Shown here: one piece after another, positions 11,463 to 21,641 of the stretch
Layout: each line of letters begins with the position of its first letter
Numbering within the stretch: the stretch's first letter is position 1
From: an uncultured Phycisphaerales bacterium
GTDB taxonomy: Bacteria > Planctomycetota > Phycisphaerae > Phycisphaerales > SM1A02
DNA length: 64,000 nucleotides
Direction of reading: 5' to 3'
Assembly: GCA_938084645.1 (NCBI GenBank)
Contig: CALKEP010000008.1
Coordinates: forward strand, 64,001 to 128,000
Made by a program: the position numbers and the translations under genes
The notes under the pieces: model-generated
The model's database searches: none
What the model was told of the DNA's origin: nothing
Seen by the model: the letters and a program-made list of their open reading frames with translations, nothing else

Positions 11463-11861
11463 ATGCAGGTCGCCGAACTCGTCAAGGATCGTTCCGCTCG
11501 CACCGATCGCGATCGCCGTCGGCACCGCCGCTATGCGGTGCGGCCGATGTACTCCTCCATCCGGATCCGCACCGAGAACGACCAGGTGCTCGATGGTCAC
11601 ATCCACGATCTCGCGGTCGGCGGCGTGCGATTCGAGTGCGACGAGCCGCTTCCCGAGAACACGAAGGTTCGCTTCGAGATCGAACTTCCGGGTGGTGCCG
11701 CGACCCTTCGCGGTCGGGCGAGCATCATCCGGCTCGCCGACGAGGACGTCCGGACGGGATCGGTGATCCTCGCCGCGGCCTTCGACCGCTTCGAGACCCG
11801 GATCGATGCCGGGACCCTCACTCGCTATCTCGAGCAGGGTTGCCTCCTTCGGGCCGCTTGA
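11463..11861 (+). CDS. Stand-alone PilZ domain protein (putative c-di-GMP receptor)
   Basis: RRRHRR (RxxxR) and DLAVGG (D/N-x-S/A-x-x-G) motifs; GGAGG RBS. Confidence 0.8.
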   Translation: MQVAELVKDRSARTDRDRRRHRRYAVRPMYSSIRIRTENDQVLDGHIHDLAVGGVRFECDEPLPENTKVRFEIELPGGAATLRGRASIIRLADEDVRTGSVILAAAFDRFETRIDAGTLTRYLEQGCLLRAA

Positions 11862-11877
11862 GGCGTGGGGGCCGATC

Positions 11878-12402
11878 TCAATCCGAGGTCAACGCACGAC
11901 AGACGGCTTCAGCGACCTGCTCGATCGAGCGGTCGCTGGTGTCGATCGCCGTCGTCGCGAGCTTCTCGAGTAGCGGGCCGCGTGCCTTCTCGATCGTCGT
12001 CATCTCGTCGAGCGGGTCGAGCGCGGTGAGCGACGGGCGGTCGGGATCGTCCGCGATTCGTGCGATGAGTTCGTTCGCCGGGGCGTGAAGCCGGACGATG
12101 CAGGCCCGGCCCGCGTTCCGCGCCGTCTCCAGTCGCTCGAACGCACCCGGCGCCGTGGGCGTTCCGCCGCCGAGGGCGATCACCGACGGGACCGTCGATG
12201 CGAGGGTTCGTTCCAAGGCCGTGGACTCCGCCTCGCGCCACGTCGCTTCGCCGGCGGTCTCGAAACAGGTCCTGGCGGTCATGCCGCAGACCGCGCTCGT
12301 CACGTCGTCGAGATCGATGAACGGCCGCGACAGAAGCGCGGCCGTCGCACGTCCGGCGCTGGTCTTGCCGGAGCCGCGAAGGCCGATCAGGATCAGGTGC
12401 AT
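11878..12402 (-). CDS. aroK: Shikimate kinase
   Basis: GLRGSGKT P-loop, FIDLD, WREAE, ALGGG and RPSL motifs. Confidence 0.92.
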   Translation of the reverse strand: MHLILIGLRGSGKTSAGRATAALLSRPFIDLDDVTSAVCGMTARTCFETAGEATWREAESTALERTLASTVPSVIALGGGTPTAPGAFERLETARNAGRACIVRLHAPANELIARIADDPDRPSLTALDPLDEMTTIEKARGPLLEKLATTAIDTSDRSIEQVAEAVCRALTSD

Positions 12403-12427
12403 GGGACCCGGGGTGGTTGGATGGTGG

Positions 12428-12565
12428 TCAGATGGTGGTCAGACGCTTGCGACCGAGGGCACGACGACGGTTGATGATCTTCCGTCCGGCCTTCGTCGAC
12501 ATGCGGGCGCGGAAGCCCATCTTGCGGACCTTCTTGATGCGGCTCGTCTTGCGGGGATAGTGCAT
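12428..12565 (-). CDS. rpmH: 50S ribosomal protein bL34
   Basis: 45-aa basic peptide containing [26 protein letters not shown]. Alternative start at 12571. Confidence 0.92.
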   Translation of the reverse strand: MHYPRKTSRIKKVRKMGFRARMSTKAGRKIINRRRALGRKRLTTI

Positions 12566-12957
12566 CGCCATGGCGGACTCCGGAACCGTGGGGGATCTGG
12601 CGGAAGAGGGCCGCCGACCCGTTTGATCTTCGAACACGTCGGGCGAGGCCCGCCGCGGAGGATCGAAGAAAGTAGCAGGAAGCGGCCGGGCGGTCGACCC
12701 TTTCGGGGGCAAAAACCAACAGCGGGCTCGATTTCGGGCTCGAAAAGGCCGATCTGCGGGAAGTTCCAGTCACCCGGCCTCGAATTCGGGGGACGCAAGA
12801 TAGACTCGGGTCAGTGTTCTTCGTTTCGCGCGTTTTCTCCCGCAGCCGACCCGATCGGGTCTCGACTCCCGGAGCAACCGCTCGACTCGCCTCAGCGTGA
12901 AATGCCGAGCCCGCCCCGGAGAAGATCCCGGCGGGCGTGTCGACGGAATGATCCCCC

Positions 12958-13788
12958 ATGGAATTGATGGACAGGTTGGCCGAAGCGGAACGCCGGATCG
13001 GCTATCGCTTTCGAGACCGTGAACTGCTCGCTCGCTCCCTTCGCCACGCGTCTGCGGCGGACGACCGGCTCGACTCGAACGAACGCCTCGAATTCCTGGG
13101 CGACGCGATTCTCGGCGTGGTCGTCTGCACGGAGTTGTTCGATCGCTTCCCCGACCTGCTCGAGGGTGAACTCACCAAGATCAAGTCGAACGTGGTGAGC
13201 AGGCGGGTCTGCGCGGAGATCGCGGAGGAGCGAGGCCTCGGTGAACTTCTCGATCTCGGCAAGGGCATGAACGGGCGCGGCGAGATGCCGTCCTCGCTCC
13301 ATGCCGCGGTGCTCGAGTCGGTGATCGGCGCGATCCACCTCGATGCAGGCTTCGACCGGGCCAGGGCGTTCGTCCTGGAACTGCTCGATCCGAGGATCGC
13401 CCATGCCGCGGAGCTCGGTCATCAGCACAACTTCAAGTCGGTGCTTCAGCAGGTCTTCCAGCGGAAGGGGCTCGGCGCACCCTCGTACGTCGTGCTGGAG
13501 GAACGCGGACCGGATCACGCCAAGTGCTTCGAGGTCTGCGTCGTCGCGGGCGAGCGGCGCTTCGAGGGATGCTGGGGCCCCAACAAGAAACAGGCCGAAC
13601 AGCAGGCGGCCCTCGCCGCATTGCTCCATCTGGATCTCGCGGTCGCGGATGGCGACGGGGACATCCGACTGGTCGACGCCTGCTGGAACGACGATCCGGT
13701 CGCGAGCAACACCCCGGTCGACCCCGAGTCGACGGGCGCAGCGGATGGCTCCGAGATGGTCGACGAAACGTCGACGCCGGGCACCTGA
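12958..13788 (+). CDS. rnc: Ribonuclease III
   Basis: NERLEFLGDAILG signature; C-terminal dsRBD (NFKSVLQQ, GPDH, KKQAEQQAA). Confidence 0.97.
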   Translation: MELMDRLAEAERRIGYRFRDRELLARSLRHASAADDRLDSNERLEFLGDAILGVVVCTELFDRFPDLLEGELTKIKSNVVSRRVCAEIAEERGLGELLDLGKGMNGRGEMPSSLHAAVLESVIGAIHLDAGFDRARAFVLELLDPRIAHAAELGHQHNFKSVLQQVFQRKGLGAPSYVVLEERGPDHAKCFEVCVVAGERRFEGCWGPNKKQAEQQAALAALLHLDLAVADGDGDIRLVDACWNDDPVASNTPVDPESTGAADGSEMVDETSTPGT

Positions 13789-13803
13789 CCGTTCGCGTTC
13801 GGC

Positions 13804-13847
13804 GATGACGCCTCGATGAACCGAGGATGAACCGAGGGTGAACCGAG
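13804..13847. repeat. 11-bp tandem direct repeat, Pho-box-like
   Basis: GATGAACCGAG (13815), GATGAACCGAG (13826) and GGTGAACCGAG (13837), plus degenerate GATGACGCCTC (13804). The minus strand reads GTTCAC/GTTCAT/GTTCAT/CGTCAT at 11-nt period. Confidence 0.8.
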
Positions 13848-13904
13848 GAAGCGGAGTCTCGTTGGCCGTGGGATCGCGGGAAGCGGCCCGGGATCGTGTC
13901 GGGA

Positions 13905-14600
13905 TCAGGACGCGTCCTGCCCCGTGGCGTCCGGCTTCGGAGGCTTCCGAAAGTCGAGATCCTCGATTCTGCCGAAGACCGCGGTCGAGATGTTCGCAAG
14001 GTGGGACGCGATTCGCTTGAAGTATCGCGTCTGCATGGAACACGTGACCGCTTCCTGGGTGCTGATGGTGGAGCGATCGTCCAGCAGCTCGGTGGCCAGA
14101 TCCTCACAGGCCTTCCGCACCGCGTCCGCGGCCTTGATCGCGACCTTGGCTTCCTTGGTGTCCGAATTCCGGAATGCGGTCCGGACGAGTTCGAAGATCT
14201 TCTCGATCTCGTCGGGGATCGTCCGGATCCGCTCCTCGTACGCCGAAGGGGTGTGGCGGAGGCCGCCGTGCTCCGTCACCTCGTAGAGATTCTTGCAGTA
14301 GTCGCCGATTCGCTCCGCGTCCTTGGCGATGGACATGAGTGCGAGGCATGCGGCGATGTCCGCATTTCGATTCACCGAGAGATGGGTCACGATGTTGCTG
14401 CGGAGGGACCGGAGCAGTCGGTTGATGTCCTGATCCCGCGTGAACACCGCTTCGCGGACGTCGGCGGGATCGCCACCGGCGAGGACGCCGTGAACCTCGT
14501 GGAACATCCACTGGCCCGCGGTGAGCATCTCGTCGAATTCGCCGAACGCCTTGTCGAGGGCGTCGCCGCCGCGAAGTGCTGCCAAGAGGGCTCCGAGCAT
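13905..14600 (-). CDS. PhoU-domain protein
   Basis: DQDINRL, KDAERIGDYCKN and YFKRIASHLANI helical repeats; directly follows the Na/Pi cotransporter. Confidence 0.85.
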   Translation of the reverse strand: MLGALLAALRGGDALDKAFGEFDEMLTAGQWMFHEVHGVLAGGDPADVREAVFTRDQDINRLLRSLRSNIVTHLSVNRNADIAACLALMSIAKDAERIGDYCKNLYEVTEHGGLRHTPSAYEERIRTIPDEIEKIFELVRTAFRNSDTKEAKVAIKAADAVRKACEDLATELLDDRSTISTQEAVTCSMQTRYFKRIASHLANISTAVFGRIEDLDFRKPPKPDATGQDAS

Positions 14601-14621
14601 GATGACGACTCCAGATTCGAA

Positions 14622-15794
14622 TCAGCTGTAGATGAAGACTTCGGTGATCACGAGGCCGATCGCGGGCACCACCACGAACACGAGCGCCAGGAAGATGAAC
14701 GCCCATTTCTTCGACCGGCTGGCGAGTGCACTGTACGACTTCGAAATCTTGATCGGGATTTTTCGCAGCGGATACCAGATCAGGTTGTCCGAACAGTTGA
14801 AGAGCACGTGGGCGATCGCGACCGTCACCGCGGCGCTGGTGGGATTCGCGAGTGCCGCGATCAGTCCGGTCACGGTGGTTCCGATGTTCGCGCCGAGCAT
14901 GAAGGGGAAGGCCCGCTTCAACTTCACGGCGCCGGCCCCGACGATCGGCACCATCAGGCTGGTGGTGACCGAACTCGATTGCACGGAGATCGTCGAGAAG
15001 ATCCCGGAGATCCACGCGACGAAGTCGTTCCTGAAGAAGACGGTGGAAAAGAGCCCTTCGAGCCGGCTCAGAACCGCGCCCTTGAGGTTCCTGACCAGGA
15101 ACACGAGGGCCAGGAACAGCAGGAGCAGGCCGGCCACCGAAAGGATGACGGAGCTCGCGATCGTCGCCCCGCCGATCCACTCCGTCACCGACTGCAGGAA
15201 GCCGACCACCGGCTTGGTGATCACCTTGATCGGATTGGTCGGCTTGGTCACCTCGTCGAATCCCAGCGAGTTCGCGATCATTGCGGCCGCGTTCGCGAGG
15301 ATTCCCTGGCCGTTCTTGAACATCGTGCTGGTGATCCACTCGATCGGGAAGAGCGCCAGCACCGTGAGAATGTTCGGAACCGCGTGGAGCAGGGCCGCCG
15401 AATACGCCCGCCGGAACTGTCGTCGGATCCGCATGGTTCCGAGGGAGACGATGAGGCCGGTCACGCTGGTGCCGATGTTCGCGCCCATGACCGCGAACAC
15501 CGCGGTCTCGATCGGCATCTGGCCGGCGGCGACCATCGTGATGATCAGCGAGGTCGTGAAGGACGAACTCTGGACGATCGAGGTGACCAGCACCGCTCCG
15601 AAGAGGGCGAACAGCGGATTCTGTCCCTGCGCGATGATCGTCTCGAGCCAGTCGGATTGCTTGCCGATCCCCTTGAGGCCCGATCCCATCACGTTGATCG
15701 CGCAGAGGAACAGGTACAGGGCGACGATCGCGAAAAACGCGTTCAGGAAGGGGAAGGACCGCCGTGGCGGTGACAGGGACGGGGTGGGTGTCAT
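14622..15794 (-). CDS. Na+/phosphate cotransporter (NptA / SLC34 family)
   Basis: Two inverted repeats, each with QSSS and GANIGT. Start uncertain (15794 or 15836). Confidence 0.93.
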   Translation of the reverse strand: MTPTPSLSPPRRSFPFLNAFFAIVALYLFLCAINVMGSGLKGIGKQSDWLETIIAQGQNPLFALFGAVLVTSIVQSSSFTTSLIITMVAAGQMPIETAVFAVMGANIGTSVTGLIVSLGTMRIRRQFRRAYSAALLHAVPNILTVLALFPIEWITSTMFKNGQGILANAAAMIANSLGFDEVTKPTNPIKVITKPVVGFLQSVTEWIGGATIASSVILSVAGLLLLFLALVFLVRNLKGAVLSRLEGLFSTVFFRNDFVAWISGIFSTISVQSSSVTTSLMVPIVGAGAVKLKRAFPFMLGANIGTTVTGLIAALANPTSAAVTVAIAHVLFNCSDNLIWYPLRKIPIKISKSYSALASRSKKWAFIFLALVFVVVPAIGLVITEVFIYS

Positions 15795-15990
15795 GGGTTC
15801 GAGCAGCGGGGGCGGGAGTCGCTGGAACTCTGGCAATGGGTGACGTCGTCTGTCTCAAGGGGGCCGCGGACGCGAAATATCATCCGCCATTTCAGTGAAT
15901 GGGGGTTGGTCGCGGCACGAGTGTGGACTTCCTGACGATTCGCGGGTCGGTGGCGGCGGGGATCGTCGGGTGGGTGGGTTCCGCCCGCGG

Positions 15991-16467
15991 TCAGACGCCG
16001 CCGACGAGCCAGCGGACCGCCAGCGTGGCGAGCCCGATCGCGAGGCCCGCGGCGAGACCGAACCGCACTGCCTGGAACCCCTGCCGAAGCACGGGCGCCC
16101 GGCCCGCGGCGAGCACGTCGAGGGGCCCGGTGATGTCGTCGATGGACTCGCCTCTTCGTGCCCGATCCTGCATCACGGCGATGACCAGGCTCGCGTCGAA
16201 TTCGCGCAGTCCCGCGAGGCGTGCGAAGCGAAGCAGTTCTTCGCGACGCTCCGGGGGGAGCACGACGCCCTCGAGGGCGTTGGCGACCCGGCCCGCGAAT
16301 GCGAGATGCGGCGCCTTCGGATCGAGTCCGGGCGCGGTGGAAGCGAGCCGGTTCTCCAGGGCGACCCGCCGCCGTGCCGATTCGAGTTCCCGGCGTGCGC
16401 GAAGGCCCACATCGGCCCTCGAGCCGTCGTTGGGTTCCAAGCGCAGGTTGGCGTGCATCGTCGACAT
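15991..16467 (-). CDS. Hypothetical protein with C-terminal transmembrane anchor
   Basis: Helical cytoplasmic domain (LPPERREELLRFARLAGLREFDASLVIAVMQD) and a hydrophobic C-terminus. Start uncertain. Confidence 0.65.
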   Translation of the reverse strand: MSTMHANLRLEPNDGSRADVGLRARRELESARRRVALENRLASTAPGLDPKAPHLAFAGRVANALEGVVLPPERREELLRFARLAGLREFDASLVIAVMQDRARRGESIDDITGPLDVLAAGRAPVLRQGFQAVRFGLAAGLAIGLATLAVRWLVGGV

Positions 16468-16692
16468 GAATCGGTCCCGGCGCGGTCGAACTGGAATCGC
16501 CGCCCCCGAACTACGATCGATGGGGGTGGATGGTTCGTTCGAACGTCGGGAGTCTAGATCGCGACCGCGTCGATCCAAGTCGGATCGTCGGCTCGTCCAC
16601 AGGAGGGTCGGGGATCGAGCCCTGGGGAACGGTCTGTGTGGGTCGCGCGGATTCTGCGGTCGGTTCCGATCACGTGGCGGGACCGTCGTCGC

Positions 16693-17349
16693 TCAGGCGT
16701 TGCCGTGCCGGACGACCCGTCCCTCGACGAGATAGATGAGATTGCCGGCGATCGACACCGAGATGTCACCGGCCCGCTCGAGCCGCTGTGCGATCGCAAG
16801 CAGTTCGATCGTGGCGTTGGTCGCGGTGGGGTCCTTCGGGATCTCCTCCCGTGCCCAGACGAGCATCGCCTTGTGGAGGCGATCGAGTTCGTCGTCGTCC
16901 GCGTTCACCTCCCGGGCCAGCCCGGCGTCCGTATCCGCGACCGATCGCAGTGCCTTCGCGAAGATCTTCCGCACCGACATGCACATCTCCGCCAGCGTCT
17001 CGGGCACCCGCACCGCGGGCATCGAGCTGACCCGAATCACCCGCTTGGACATGCCCTTGCAGAGATCGGCGATCCGCTCGAACTCACCGCTGATCCGCAT
17101 GATGGCGAGGAGTTCTCGAAGGTCGGTTGCCACCGGCGCCGTGAGCGCGAGCAGTCGGGCACACTCCTCTTCGATCTCGAGATCGTCATGGTCGATCTCC
17201 TCGTCCCCCTTCTTGATCACTCGCGCGGCGTCGACGTCGGCGTCGAGAATCGCGGTGGTGATGGCATGGACCCGTTGATCCACCTTGGCCCCGAGGGCGA
17301 GGAGTTCACGGCGAAGACGGATCAGATCGGATTCGAGATCGACGGGCAT
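16693..17349 (-). CDS. phoU: Phosphate signalling complex protein PhoU
   Basis: DEEIDHDDLEIEEEC, PVATDLR, ERIAD and LERAGD motifs; lies downstream of pstB. Confidence 0.93.
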   Translation of the reverse strand: MPVDLESDLIRLRRELLALGAKVDQRVHAITTAILDADVDAARVIKKGDEEIDHDDLEIEEECARLLALTAPVATDLRELLAIMRISGEFERIADLCKGMSKRVIRVSSMPAVRVPETLAEMCMSVRKIFAKALRSVADTDAGLAREVNADDDELDRLHKAMLVWAREEIPKDPTATNATIELLAIAQRLERAGDISVSIAGNLIYLVEGRVVRHGNA

Positions 17350-17380
17350 GTTGGTTCCTGCGGCTGCGGTGAGGACCGGA

Positions 17381-18265
17381 TCAACCGAATCGACCCGAGA
17401 CGTAGTCCTCGGTCTCGCGGTGGGTCGGGTTGGTGAAGATCCGTTCGGTGCGGTCGGTCTCGACGAGGGCACCGTTGTAGAAGAACGCCGTCCGGTCCGA
17501 GACTCGGGCGGCCTGCTGCATGTTGTGCGTGACGATGACGATCGTGTACTGGTCCCGCAGGTGGCGGATCAGCTCCTCGATCGCGGAGGTCGATCGGGGG
17601 TCCAGGGCGGAGCACGGTTCGTCCATGAGCAGGACTTCGGGGCCGATCGCGATCGCGCGGGCGATGCACAGTCGCTGCTGCTGTCCGCCGGAGAGTCCGA
17701 GGGCGCTCTGGCCGAGGCGATCCTTGACCTCGTCCCAGATCGAGGCCCGGCGAAGGCTCTGTTCGACGAGTGCCTCGAGATCCCCGCGGCTGTAGCGCCG
17801 GTGCAGCCTCGGGCCGAAGGCCACGTTGTCGAAGATCGACTTGGGGAAGGGATTGGGTTTCTGGAACACCATGCCCACCCGGCGTCGCAGATCGACCACG
17901 TCACACTTCGGATCGAGCAGATCACGTCCGTGGAGATGGAGTTCCCCCGTCGCTCGAGCGGTCGGGATGGTGTCGTTCATCCGGTTGAACCATCGGAGAA
18001 GCGTGCTCTTGCCGCATCCCGACGGGCCGATGAAGGCGGTGACGCGATTCTCGGGGATGTCGAGGTCGATCCCGTGCAAGGCCTGGAAATCCCCGTACCA
18101 GCCGTCGAGGTTGCGGCAGCGGATGCAGAGCTCGCTGGTGACGCCGTCGGCGGGGGGCGACGGAATGCTCACCGCGGCGCTGTTCTCGGCGGAAGGGACC
18201 GAAGGGTCGGACGGGGTGGAGGACGTCATGGTTTCCCTTCGACCGACGGGGTGGGAGGTCTTCAT
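17381..18265 (-). CDS. pstB: Phosphate ABC transporter ATP-binding protein
   Basis: [46 protein letters not shown] and YVSGRFG motifs; ATGA overlap with pstA. Confidence 0.97.
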   Translation of the reverse strand: MKTSHPVGRRETMTSSTPSDPSVPSAENSAAVSIPSPPADGVTSELCIRCRNLDGWYGDFQALHGIDLDIPENRVTAFIGPSGCGKSTLLRWFNRMNDTIPTARATGELHLHGRDLLDPKCDVVDLRRRVGMVFQKPNPFPKSIFDNVAFGPRLHRRYSRGDLEALVEQSLRRASIWDEVKDRLGQSALGLSGGQQQRLCIARAIAIGPEVLLMDEPCSALDPRSTSAIEELIRHLRDQYTIVIVTHNMQQAARVSDRTAFFYNGALVETDRTERIFTNPTHRETEDYVSGRFG

Positions 18266-19503
18266 TGCAGTGGTCTCGAGAATCTCTGGCGGATCGTGAT
18301 CGCGATCGCGTTGAAGGCGAGGAGCACGAAGAGCAGGACGATGATTCCCGAGGCCGCCAAGGCTCGGAATTCGGGCTGGAACCGGGCCGACCAATTGTAT
18401 ATCTGCATCGGCAGGACCGTGAACGGATCCATCAGGGTCTGCGGGACATCCGTGATGAAGAGGGCGACGCCGAGGACGAGGATCGGCGCAGCCTCCCCGA
18501 TGGCCCGGCTCATCGCGAGGATGGCCCCGGTCATGATCATCGGGATGGAGGCCGGCAGCGTGACCCGGCTGACGGTCTGCAATCTGGTCGCACCCATCGC
18601 GAAGGATCCCGACCGGAGGGAGCCCGGTACCGAGCGGATCGCCTCCTGGGAGCTGATGATGACGATCGGAAGCACCACGAGCATGAGGGTGAGTCCGCCC
18701 GCGAGCACCGTCTGGCCGAAGGGGAACTGGACGTAGTACCAGGGTTTCTCGACCTCGTAGTCGACCGGGAGCCCCGCATCCACCGCGGGAATGACGCCGT
18801 TGGCCAGCGGCGCATTCGCCGAGTCCTCGACGATGGTGAGCGGAATCGGCTCCCAGTGGTCGGTGAAGATCAGTTCGCCGTCCGGCCCGTCCAGCACCCG
18901 CTGCATGTACGCGATCGTGCCGGTCTCGAGCGTGGGAGTCACCGACCGGTTCTCGACGGGGACCCGAAGCGGTTCGCCGGTCACGTCGTAGTACATCGCG
19001 TAGGTCTCGCCCCCGATCTCCAGCGCTGGATCCTGAGTCGTCCCCGCAAGGCCGAACATCCGGACGAAGAGGGTGAGTCCCAGGATTCCGTAGACGATGG
19101 AGGGAACGCCCGCCAGATTCGAGATGTTCAACCGAAGCAGGTTCGTGAAGCGGTTGCGAGCCGCGAACTCCTCGAGGTACAGGGCCGTCGCGACGCCGAC
19201 CGGCAGCGCCACGACCGCGCAGATCGCGCTGATCCAGATGGATCCGGCGAGTGGTGCGAGGATGCCCGCCTTCCCCGGATCTCGAGAGGTGAAGTTCGTG
19301 ACGAAGGACCAGCTGAGGCCGGGAATGCCGTTGATCAGGATGCTTCCGAGCAGGACCAGGAGTGCGATGACCGCGATCATCGTGATCGCCATGCACATCA
19401 GATAGAAGCCGCGATCGAGACGGACCCGCTTCGCGATCTGCCTGGGCTCGCCTCGTTCGACGAGTTCGCGGAAATCGAGGTGCTGACCCGGTGGCTGGCT
19501 CAT
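18262..19503 (-). CDS. pstA: Phosphate ABC transporter permease PstA (with extra loop domain)
   Basis: [24 protein letters not shown] and RAIGEAAP motifs. Confidence 0.95.
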   Translation of the reverse strand: MSQPPGQHLDFRELVERGEPRQIAKRVRLDRGFYLMCMAITMIAVIALLVLLGSILINGIPGLSWSFVTNFTSRDPGKAGILAPLAGSIWISAICAVVALPVGVATALYLEEFAARNRFTNLLRLNISNLAGVPSIVYGILGLTLFVRMFGLAGTTQDPALEIGGETYAMYYDVTGEPLRVPVENRSVTPTLETGTIAYMQRVLDGPDGELIFTDHWEPIPLTIVEDSANAPLANGVIPAVDAGLPVDYEVEKPWYYVQFPFGQTVLAGGLTLMLVVLPIVIISSQEAIRSVPGSLRSGSFAMGATRLQTVSRVTLPASIPMIMTGAILAMSRAIGEAAPILVLGVALFITDVPQTLMDPFTVLPMQIYNWSARFQPEFRALAASGIIVLLFVLLAFNAIAITIRQRFSRPLQ

Positions 19504-20465
19504 TCGTACTCCTCCCGGAAGCGGGCGAGGATGCGGTACCCGGTGAAGGTGAGCAGGAACGTCATCAGGAAGAGGACCCCGGCCACCGCGAAGCTCGACT
19601 TGAACTCCACCCCGGTCGCGGGCGCGTCACCGAGGAAGATCTGGACCATGTAGGCGGTCATCGTCTGGACCTGTTCCCAGGGCAGGATGGTGAGTTGTGC
19701 GAGGCCGCCCGCGGCGAGGGCCACGATCATCGTCTCCCCGACGGCGCGAGTGATGGCGAGCAGGTACGAGGCCATGATTCCGCTCAGCGCCGCCGGCACG
19801 ACCACCTTCGCCGAGGCGTCGAAACGGGTCGATCCAAGGGCGTACGCGCCGTCTCGAAGGCCCTTGGGAACCGCGCGGATCGCGTCCTCGGAAAGGCTCG
19901 TCACGATGGGGAGGATCATGATGCCGACCGCGATCCCCGCCGAGGCCGCGCTGTACGGGCCGAAGACCGCCTCGCCGGAGACCAGTTTTCCCAGCCACTG
20001 GAGGGAGGGGGTGATCACGATCACCGCGAAGAACCCGTAGACCACGGTCGGAATGCCGGCGAGCACCTCGAGCACGGGTTTGAGGACGCTGCGGAGCCGG
20101 GCGGGGGCGTATTCGCTCAGAAAGATCGCGGTCACCAGCCCGATCGGCAGGGCGAAGATCGCGGCGACGAGGGTCACCAGGAGCGTTCCGGCGATCAGGG
20201 GCCAGATTCCGAAGTGCTTCTCCTCGCCGAGGAGTGGATTCCATTCGAGTCCGGTGAGGAAATCGACCACCGAGACCTCCGCGAGGAAACGGGAGGTCTC
20301 GTAGGCGAGGATCCCGATGATCAGCGCGGTGATCAGAATGGAGAAGCACGCGCATCCGAGCAGTGCGGTTCGCGCGAAGACGTCCCAGGAGGCCTGGAGC
20401 ACTCGGCTCTTGGGTCGGCCGCGTCCGCGAACCTCGTTCATGTCGGTTGGTGCGGCTTCTGACAT
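19500..20465 (-). CDS. pstC: Phosphate ABC transporter permease PstC
   Basis: [32 protein letters not shown] and RAVGETMIV motifs. Start set downstream of the pstS-pstC hairpin. Confidence 0.95.
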   Translation of the reverse strand: MSEAAPTDMNEVRGRGRPKSRVLQASWDVFARTALLGCACFSILITALIIGILAYETSRFLAEVSVVDFLTGLEWNPLLGEEKHFGIWPLIAGTLLVTLVAAIFALPIGLVTAIFLSEYAPARLRSVLKPVLEVLAGIPTVVYGFFAVIVITPSLQWLGKLVSGEAVFGPYSAASAGIAVGIMILPIVTSLSEDAIRAVPKGLRDGAYALGSTRFDASAKVVVPAALSGIMASYLLAITRAVGETMIVALAAGGLAQLTILPWEQVQTMTAYMVQIFLGDAPATGVEFKSSFAVAGVLFLMTFLLTFTGYRILARFREEYE

Positions 20466-20499
20466 CGATGTCCGTTCGATCCGAACCTGATGGGTGGAA

Positions 20500-20528
20500 G
20501 GCGGGCCCGGCGGAACGCCGGGCCCGCC
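20500..20528 (-). terminator. Perfect 13-bp stem-loop between pstS and pstC (partial terminator or mRNA stabiliser)
   Basis: GGCGGGCCCGGCG-GAA-CGCCGGGCCCGCC; only a short U tract on the minus strand. Confidence 0.7.
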
Positions 20529-20550
20529 CGAACTCACTTGTCGACCGCGA

Positions 20551-21552
20551 TCACTTGTAGATCTCGGTCACCGGGCCGATCTTCTTCTCTCCCTTGGCAT
20601 CAAGGAAGAAGGAACCGGTCTTTCGCGTCTCGAAGGTCTCGCGGGCCCGGTCGTAGATGACGTCGGGCAGACCCACGTACCCGACTTCACTGGCGGACTT
20701 CGCGGCATTCTTGAGGTAGAACTCGACGAAGGCCCGCACGAAGGGCTTGCGGGCGGCACTCGCCTTGACGTAGATGAAGAGCGGACGACTGAACGGATTG
20801 TAGGTTCCGTTCTCGATCGTCTTGGGGGTCGGGCCCACGGCCTTGCCCTGCTTGTTGATGATCGGCATCGCCCGCAGGCTGTCCTTGTTCTCGAAGTAGT
20901 AGGCGGCACCGAAGAAGCCGATGCCACCTTCGTCGCCGGAGACACCTCGGACGAGGACGTTGTCGTCCTCGGAAACGCTCATGTCGCTCCGAATCGAGCC
21001 CGTCTTTCCCGCGACGACCTCCTTGAAGTAGTCGAAGGTGCCGGAGTCGGTGCCGGGCGAGTAGATGTTGATCGGTCGATCCGGCCATTCCGGTCGCACG
21101 TCCTGCCAGGTCTTGGCGCCGCCGCTGGCGAGGAAGATCTTCTTCAGGTCGTCGACGGTCATCGACTCGGCCCAGTAGTTGCCTTTGTTCACCACGATGG
21201 TGAGGCCGTCGTACGCGACCGGAATCTCGATGAACTCGATGCCGGCGTCGTTGCACATCTTCGCTTCCGCGGCCTTGATCGGTCGGGAGGCGTCCGAGAT
21301 GTCGATCTCGTTGGCGGCGAATCGCTTGAACCCACCACCGGTGCCGGAAACGCCGACGGTGACCTTGACGTTCGGGGCGGCGGCCTTGAAGGACTCCGCC
21401 ACGGCTTCGGTGATCGGGTAGACGGTGGACGAACCGTCCACCGTGATCGACCCACGAAGACGGCGGAGGTCCTGGTTGGCACCGGCGCCAAGGAGGGTGA
21501 TGGCTGCGAGGGCGAGCCCGCCGAGGGTGGCGAGCCGGGTTCGTTGGTTCAT
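20551..21552 (-). CDS. pstS: Phosphate ABC transporter substrate-binding protein
   Basis: Signal peptide; DGSSTVYP, GTGGGFKRF, ASRPIK, DSGTFDYF and YNPFSRPLFIY motifs; AAAGGA RBS. Confidence 0.96.
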   Translation of the reverse strand: MNQRTRLATLGGLALAAITLLGAGANQDLRRLRGSITVDGSSTVYPITEAVAESFKAAAPNVKVTVGVSGTGGGFKRFAANEIDISDASRPIKAAEAKMCNDAGIEFIEIPVAYDGLTIVVNKGNYWAESMTVDDLKKIFLASGGAKTWQDVRPEWPDRPINIYSPGTDSGTFDYFKEVVAGKTGSIRSDMSVSEDDNVLVRGVSGDEGGIGFFGAAYYFENKDSLRAMPIINKQGKAVGPTPKTIENGTYNPFSRPLFIYVKASAARKPFVRAFVEFYLKNAAKSASEVGYVGLPDVIYDRARETFETRKTGSFFLDAKGEKKIGPVTEIYK

Positions 21553-21641
21553 CGTGCAGGTTCCTTTCTGCGGAATCACGGGGAATCTGGGTTCGATCCG
21601 GACCTCGGTCGAGGTCAGGTGGCGAAGGATCCCCGCCCTGT

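Noticed and set aside
12909..12936. Hairpin in the rnc leader as an autoregulatory RNase III site
   Set aside because: Only about 10 interrupted base pairs. That is short for an RNase III substrate and unremarkable at this GC content.
13804..13847. CRISPR array
   Set aside because: The units are contiguous 11-mers with no spacers, and no cas genes are present.
17381..19396. 671-aa PstB with a long N-terminal extension
   Set aside because: The extension overlaps pstA in another frame. The ATGA-coupled start at 18265 gives a normal-sized PstB.
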